32,000 bases of DNA from contig NZ_AQUO01000001.1 of the NCBI RefSeq assembly GCF_000371965.1, forward strand, positions 1,359,331 to 1,391,330. Reading direction: 5' to 3'. Position numbers and translations under genes: made by a program. Numbering within the stretch: the first letter of the stretch is position 1; each line of letters opens with the position of its first letter. The notes beneath the pieces were generated by a model, which was not told the origin of the DNA, searched no databases, and was given only the letters and a program-made list of their open reading frames with translations. Source of the stretch: Paracoccus sp. N5 (lineage in GTDB: Bacteria; Pseudomonadota; Alphaproteobacteria; Rhodobacterales; Rhodobacteraceae). This document shows positions 28,203-32,000 of the stretch, piece by piece.

Positions 28203-28414
28203 TGACGCGCGACCTGCAACGCGCCGCGAACGACCAGACGGAGGCCGACGCCCAGGCTGAAGAGATCCTGCGCCGCGTCTATGCGCTGACCGCCCCTTAC
28301 CAGCGCCGCGTGGTCGAATGGCTGCGCGGGCATTCCGACCCCGACATGCGCGACCTCGCCACGCCGCTCGAGGAGGTGCTCACCCTTCGCCGACTGATCG
28401 GGGGTGAACAATGA
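28199..28414 (+). CDS. Small hypothetical protein (71 aa), ends ..RLIGGEQ
   Basis: ATGA overlaps on both sides. SD AAGGA upstream. Confidence 0.5.
   Translation: MMTRDLQRAANDQTEADAQAEEILRRVYALTAPYQRRVVEWLRGHSDPDMRDLATPLEEVLTLRRLIGGEQ
28397..28414 (+). repeat. Stop-start junction cassette copy 3 (ATCGGGGGTGAACAATGA)
   Basis: 16 of 18 identical to copy 1. Confidence 0.8.
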
Positions 28415-28617
28415 GCATTACCCGCATCATTCAGGTGGATACGCAAGGCAAGCCGCTTGACGGGCCAGACCTGATCTTCACGAACAAGTGGGCTGTCAAA
28501 GCCGGATTAATGGAAAATCGGCCGGTCGTTGTTCGGGCATTTGAAGCGCGAATCACGAAAAAGGGCTTGGCCGAAATCGCCCGTCAGATGGGCCGGCAGA
28601 TCGGGGGTGAACCATGA
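28411..28617 (+). CDS. Small hypothetical protein (68 aa), ends ..RQIGGEP
   Basis: ATGA overlaps on both sides. Locally lower GC. Confidence 0.5.
   Translation: MSITRIIQVDTQGKPLDGPDLIFTNKWAVKAGLMENRPVVVRAFEARITKKGLAEIARQMGRQIGGEP
28600..28617 (+). repeat. Stop-start junction cassette copy 4 (ATCGGGGGTGAACCATGA)
   Basis: 15 of 18 identical to copy 1. Confidence 0.8.
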
Positions 28618-28835
28618 CCCGGCTTGTCCATCCCTCCTCGCCGCTCCGGCACCAGACGCTGATCTTCGCCGGCTATGCTGCCCTTCTCTTGGCCTTCGGC
28701 GCCGCGGCGCTGGGCGCCCTGTTGGCCCCGCAGTTCGACTGGGCGGGCCTCTGGGGCGATCTGTCCGACTTTGCCGCCTCCACGGCCGCCCAGGCGCGCG
28801 CCGAGGGCTGGGCCGCGCTTTCCGAGAGGGCGTGA
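28614..28835 (+). CDS. Small membrane protein (73 aa, one TM helix)
   Basis: Hydrophobic stretch LIFAGYAALLLAFGAAALGALLA. ATGA overlap upstream. Confidence 0.5.
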   Translation: MTRLVHPSSPLRHQTLIFAGYAALLLAFGAAALGALLAPQFDWAGLWGDLSDFAASTAAQARAEGWAALSERA

Positions 28836-28838
28836 GCC

Positions 28839-29012
28839 ATGGGTGTCCGTACCAAGTTCAGCCAAGCCGACCTAGAGAAGGTGCTTCGCACGACCAGAGA
28901 GGCCGGCCTGCCGGTGACCGTAGTCAGGATAGGGCCGCAGGGGGAAATCGAAGTGCGCTGCGGCCCGCAGGAACCCGCAGACGAATTCGACGCGACGGAT
29001 ATGCGCCGATGA
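28839..29012 (+). CDS. Small hypothetical protein (57 aa; not in the ORF track)
   Basis: My own translation gives MGVRTKFSQADLEKVLRTTREAGLPVTVVRIGPQGEIEVRCGPQEPADEFDATDMRR*. SD GAGAGGG upstream, and an ATGA overlap with the int start. Confidence 0.5.
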   Translation: MGVRTKFSQADLEKVLRTTREAGLPVTVVRIGPQGEIEVRCGPQEPADEFDATDMRR

Positions 29013-30016
29013 CCAAGAAGGAACTGCCGAAACACGTCTATCGCAAGAAGGGCGGCAAGGTCTATTTTCAGCGCCGCGGCTTCAAGACGGTCCGTTTCAT
29101 CAGCGAACCGGGCACTTCGGAGTTCGCTGCGGAATATGCCCTGATCCTGCGCGGCCGCGCGCCGGTGCCCGAAGGGCGAACCCTGAAGGCATTGGCGATC
29201 AGTTACCAGCTCAGCGACCGCTTCACGGGCTTGGCGCCTAGAACGCGGCAGGATTATCTGCGCGTGCTGGACTATGTGAAGGAGAAGCTGGGCCACCTGC
29301 CGGCCGACAGAATGCAGCGCAAGGACGTGATCCGGGCACAGCAGGCCAACAAGGACGCGGTGCGCTTCGCCAACTACATCGTCCAGGTGCTTCGCGTCAT
29401 GTTCGAGCATGGGATCGATCAGGGCTGGCGTGACGACAATCCAGCCAAAGGCGTTCGCCTGCTGAAAAGCGGTCGGCCGCCCCGCTTGCCATGGCCGCCC
29501 GAGAAAATCACGGCGTTCCGTGAGGCTGCGCCCCTTGGGACCCGCGGCAGGTTGATCTTCGAGCTTCTGCTGGGCACCGGCCAGCGCATTGGTGATGTGC
29601 TCAAGATGCGGTGGAACGACCTCGAGGAAGGCGGGGTGAATGTCCGACAGGGCAAGACAGGAGCGGAGTTGTGGATACCGCTGACCAGCGGCTTGCGCGA
29701 GGCGCTGGGCGCGACGCCAAAGGCCGGACTGACCATCTGCGCGCAGCTGAACGGCAGCCCGACCAGCTACGACGGTGCGCATGCCATGATCATGGCCATT
29801 CGAAAGGAAATCGGCGCCGAGGCCTTCGACATTCACGCCTTGCGCCACACCGCGGCGCATGAGCTGGCTGCGGCCGGCTGCTCGGGCGAACTGATCCAGG
29901 CGATCACGGGGCATACGAACCTGGGGATGGTGAAGCACTATACTGGTTCCGCTAGCCAGAAGCCCCGTGCTAAGGAGGCGCAGTCGCGCCGCGAACAGAA
30001 CAGGTGCGAAACGTGA
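29009..30016 (+). CDS. int: Tyrosine recombinase / phage-type integrase
   Basis: 335 aa with catalytic signature LLLGTGQRIGD (Arg I), HALRHTAAH (H-x-x-R), ITGHTN and VKHY (Tyr). Start at ATG 29009, not at 28529 as in the track. It ends 76 nt before tRNA-Sec. Confidence 0.9.
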   Translation: MTKKELPKHVYRKKGGKVYFQRRGFKTVRFISEPGTSEFAAEYALILRGRAPVPEGRTLKALAISYQLSDRFTGLAPRTRQDYLRVLDYVKEKLGHLPADRMQRKDVIRAQQANKDAVRFANYIVQVLRVMFEHGIDQGWRDDNPAKGVRLLKSGRPPRLPWPPEKITAFREAAPLGTRGRLIFELLLGTGQRIGDVLKMRWNDLEEGGVNVRQGKTGAELWIPLTSGLREALGATPKAGLTICAQLNGSPTSYDGAHAMIMAIRKEIGAEAFDIHALRHTAAHELAAAGCSGELIQAITGHTNLGMVKHYTGSASQKPRAKEAQSRREQNRCET

Positions 30017-30092
30017 AAGTTGAGAAGCTGTTGCGAACGGCCCAAATCGGGGGCACGGATGCAGCGAACAAACCATTGGAAACGATGGTGAT

Positions 30093-30135
30093 GGAAGAGA
30101 AGCGTCCCCGGTGGGGCGGCCGGACTTCAAATCCG
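30093..30135 (+). repeat. attR core: 43-bp repeat forming the 5' part of the intact tRNA-Sec
   Basis: Identical to 20517-20559. The flanking bases differ on both sides (20516 G vs 30092 T; 20560 C vs 30136 G). Confidence 0.9.
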
Positions 30136-30188
30136 GTTGGGGCAGTCAGCCTGTCCCGGGTGGGTTCGACTCCCACTCTCTTCCGCCA
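30093..30188 (+). tRNA. selC: tRNA-Sec (anticodon UCA)
   Basis: 96 nt with an 8-bp acceptor stem GGAAGAGA/TCTCTTCC, discriminator G and encoded CCA. The anticodon stem is CCGGA/TCCGG with loop CTTCAAA (TCA at 30127-30129). It has a long variable arm and a T-arm GTGGG-TTCGACT-CCCAC, and overall closely parallels E. coli selC. Confidence 0.93.
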
Positions 30189-30291
30189 AAATGCCCATTT
30201 AACTGGTTGTTATTGCTAAATTATATCCTGGCATCACAGCGGCGTCCCGCCAATGCATCCCCCACGCGGAATTGGCCAGAATGACGGATTT

Positions 30292-30313
30292 GCCCCCGGC
30301 CGAAGCCAGGGGC
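30292..30313 (-). terminator. Stable hairpin with UUCG tetraloop downstream of ORF 30321..30674
   Basis: The minus strand reads GCCCCUGGC-UUCG-GCCGGGGGC, a 9-bp stem including one U-G pair. It begins 8 nt after the stop codon. No U-tract. Confidence 0.45.
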
Positions 30314-30320
30314 GTTGGTA

Positions 30321-30674
30321 TCAAGCAACGAGCGCTCGGGCCTCGGCCCAGAAAGCATGATCGTCATTCGGCAATTCAAATGTCCCGTAGCTCGTCCACG
30401 CCAGCGCCTTGGCGATCATGTCGCGCGCATCCTCTGCGGGCGCTTCCATAATCCGATTGCTCAACTCATTCTGAGCGAACAGGTCGGCGTTAAACTGGCT
30501 CTCGGGCATCGTGCGGCCTTCTTCGCCGTTCAGTCGGGTTTCCTCGGCAACCCACTGTCGAAACATCCGCATGACCGGCGTCTCAGCCAGGTCGACCACG
30601 CACAGCGCAGCAGCCGGCGCCGCACCCGCGACAACCGCCGCAGGCAGGGCTTTCAGAAGGGCACGGCGGTTCAT
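30321..30674 (-). CDS. Hypothetical protein with twin-arginine-like N-terminus (117 aa); paralog-like to 27475..27825
   Basis: Reads MNRRALLKALPAAVVAGAAPAAA.... SD AAGGAGG upstream and an ATGA overlap with the upstream ORF. Confidence 0.55.
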   Translation of the reverse strand: MNRRALLKALPAAVVAGAAPAAALCVVDLAETPVMRMFRQWVAEETRLNGEEGRTMPESQFNADLFAQNELSNRIMEAPAEDARDMIAKALAWTSYGTFELPNDDHAFWAEARALVA

Positions 30675-30895
30675 TGTCCGGCCTCCTTGCGCTGGATCTG
30701 ATACTCGGCCTCAAGCAGCTCCTGCGCCTTCTTGACGCGATCCGCGACCACTTGGATCAGGTTGATGATGCCCGAGGCGATGGGCGCGTCGTCTTGCGTC
30801 AGGTGGTCGAGGGCCACTTCATCAAGGACGCACAGCAGCGCCCCGATGGTATGAAGCTCGGCTTCGGTTTCGCTATGCGCTTTGAAATAGCTCAT
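30671..30895 (-). CDS. Small hypothetical protein (74 aa)
   Basis: ATGA overlaps at both ends. SD GGAGGG upstream. Confidence 0.5.
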   Translation of the reverse strand: MSYFKAHSETEAELHTIGALLCVLDEVALDHLTQDDAPIASGIINLIQVVADRVKKAQELLEAEYQIQRKEAGQ

Positions 30896-31095
30896 GCCTC
30901 GCCCTCCTTCGGCAGGTTGATGCTGTCGAGATTGTTGTTCACCTCAAGCGCCATTTCCTTGGCGAGTTGCACCAGGGTCGGCTGAGCGTTCGGGACCACG
31001 CCATCGAGCGCGCAGGCTTCCAGAAGTTCCAGCAGATCGCACAGCCGCCCCATGATGGTCTGCTGGTCTTGGATATGTCGGGTAAGCGCGCTCAT
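30892..31095 (-). CDS. Small hypothetical protein (67 aa)
   Basis: ATGA overlaps at both ends. The junction cassette GATCGGGGGTGCGGCATGA precedes it on the minus strand. Confidence 0.5.
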   Translation of the reverse strand: MSALTRHIQDQQTIMGRLCDLLELLEACALDGVVPNAQPTLVQLAKEMALEVNNNLDSINLPKEGEA

Positions 31096-31109
31096 GCCGC
31101 ACCCCCGAT
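31092..31109 (-). repeat. Stop-start junction cassette, fifth copy, inverted relative to the island copies
   Basis: The minus strand reads ATCGGGGGTGCGGCATGA, 16 of 18 identical to 27461-27478. The upstream protein ends ..SLIGGAA. Confidence 0.8.
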
Positions 31110-31313
31110 CAGGCTGACGGTGTAGCGCTTCGCGGCGCGAAGGTAGCGGCGCAGTTCCTTTTCCCGCTGGGTGTAATCACCGCTGTCCTTGTGGCTCACG
31201 TCGAGCGCCAGCGACAGGCTGTCGTCCAATTCGTAGAGGTCCGCGAGCGACATGCTGGGGGCCGGGACGGCGGGCGCCCCAACCATACGCGGTTCATTCG
31301 GTTGGATGTTCAT
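31092..31313 (-). CDS. Small hypothetical protein, ends ..SLIGGAA (start ATG 31313; alternative GTG 31325)
   Basis: The N-terminus MNIQPNEP parallels MNIPENP of ORF 27254..27478. The C-terminus is encoded by the junction cassette. Confidence 0.5.
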   Translation of the reverse strand: MNIQPNEPRMVGAPAVPAPSMSLADLYELDDSLSLALDVSHKDSGDYTQREKELRRYLRAAKRYTVSLIGGAA

Positions 31314-31346
31314 TTCAGTTCTCACAGTTCTGGCTTTCCACAGCCG

Positions 31347-31589
31347 TCACTGGTTGCGGACCAGCGGCCGGGGGTTGGAAACCTGCTGTGAGACAGGTCG
31401 GACGACTTTAAGGTTTCCCTCTGGACATAGCATCCGCCCCCGGCCTATAAAGGTCGGGACGCAGATGCCCGCCAAGGCATCCGTCATTTCGACCGCGAGC
31501 TTCCGCGCCAACGGATGCTCAACCTGCCAAGGTATGCGGTCTATCACAGTCAGGGTTTCCACACCCACTGACCACGCTACACCCGACAT
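31347..31589 (-). CDS. Hypothetical protein (80 aa), weakly supported
   Basis: Same strand, 21 nt upstream of the next ORF. No clear SD and no motif. Confidence 0.3.
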   Translation of the reverse strand: MSGVAWSVGVETLTVIDRIPWQVEHPLARKLAVEMTDALAGICVPTFIGRGRMLCPEGNLKVVRPVSQQVSNPRPLVRNQ

Positions 31590-32000
31590 GCCGAAAAGGT
31601 CAAGCCTGCCCCTCGGGGCGGTGGCATGCGTTTGTGCCGCATCGGTCGTTTCTCGACGCGGGCGTAACCTCTCTGCGCGCAGTTCAGCGCGCTACATTGG
31701 AATGAGGTTACACATGACCATCCAAAAGAAATTGCGTGTGCCCAGCGGAGTGCAGATCTGGGTCAACGACGGGCATTTGGCACCGGATTGGGTTGCTGAG
31801 GCTGTCCAAGAGGAACGGGCGTGCAACGGCTCACTGCTCCTGCGAACGCAACTAGGCGTTGCCCGGGTTCACAGAGGCATGTCGTGATCAGATGACGACT
31901 GCCTTTCCTGCCGAAGCCCCGAGGACCTGGACGAGTTCCTTCGCGGCCTGACGCAAGAAGCGGCGCCGGTCATTGCGGCCATCGGCCCTGGTAAATCGGC

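Larger units (their letters stand above)
20517..30135 (+). mobile_element. selC-integrated genomic island / phage-satellite-like integrative element (one repeat unit is 9576 bp)
   Basis: Perfect 43-bp direct repeats at both ends, at a constant offset of 9576 bp. A tyrosine integrase gene ends 76 nt from attR and a Xis/AlpA-like gene is present. The content is phage-type regulatory, replication-like and virion-type genes, and the element interrupts the selA-selB-selC arrangement. Confidence 0.85.

Noticed and set aside
28529-29008. N-terminal 160-aa extension of the integrase in the ORF track (28529..30016)
   Set aside because: The extension overlaps three better-supported coupled ORFs in other frames and is Arg/Pro/Gly-rich. 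The canonical integrase N-terminus MTKKELPKHVYRKKGGKVYFQRRG starts at ATG 29009 in an ATGA overlap.
30004-30219. ORF 30004..30219 (+) and ORF 29970..30176 (-) overlapping selC
   Set aside because: They run through a well-formed tRNA gene and have no SD or motif, so they are artefacts.
1-32000. CRISPR arrays, IS elements with terminal inverted repeats, rRNA genes, retron/DGR-type reverse transcriptases
   Set aside because: I saw no regularly spaced repeats, no transposase-like ORFs, no rRNA-like sequence and no RT motifs (YxDD) in any plausible ORF.

Overview
High-GC alphaproteobacterial (Rhodobacterales-like, by inference) chromosomal window in three parts. (1) 1-7854 holds origin-proximal core genes on the minus strand: parB-parA-rsmG-mnmG-mnmE-rho-hemJ. 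Two parS palindromes sit on the rsmG and mnmG start codons. The hemJ-TAXI intergenic region looks like oriC, with DnaA boxes, AT-rich tracts and a TTAA-N7-TTAA motif. (2) 7855-20510 holds a TAXI solute receptor, a Rieske oxygenase/reductase pair, and a complete selenocysteine-dependent formate dehydrogenase cluster, fdnG(UGA-Sec)-fdnH-fdnI-fdhE-selA-selB. (3) 20517-30135 is the main finding: a ~9.6 kb integrative element bounded by a perfect 43-bp direct repeat equal to the 5' part of tRNA-Sec, from nt 1 into the 3' strand of the anticodon stem. It separates selB from the only intact selC (30093-30188). The displaced fragment is the 5' half of the tRNA, so the functional selC now lies directly behind the element's integrase operon. 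The element carries a wHTH replication-like module with iteron-like repeats and a small virion-type operon (RHH, HK97-like capsid candidate, four small coupled ORFs, gpZ-like tail-completion protein). No terminase, portal, protease, tail or lysis genes are visible. It also carries a leftward cargo module (Arc-like regulator, unknown 124-aa protein, BrnT/BrnA) and a rightward nine-gene operon (Arc repressor ... Xis/AlpA-like ... tyrosine integrase). In that operon an 18-bp stop-start junction cassette (ATCGGGGGTGNNCNATGA) recurs four times. The same cassette and paralogous small genes recur, inverted, on the far side of selC (30189-31325), suggesting a second related element or remnant. I read the island as a phage-satellite-like element. 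All functional calls come from motif recognition by eye, since no searches could be run.
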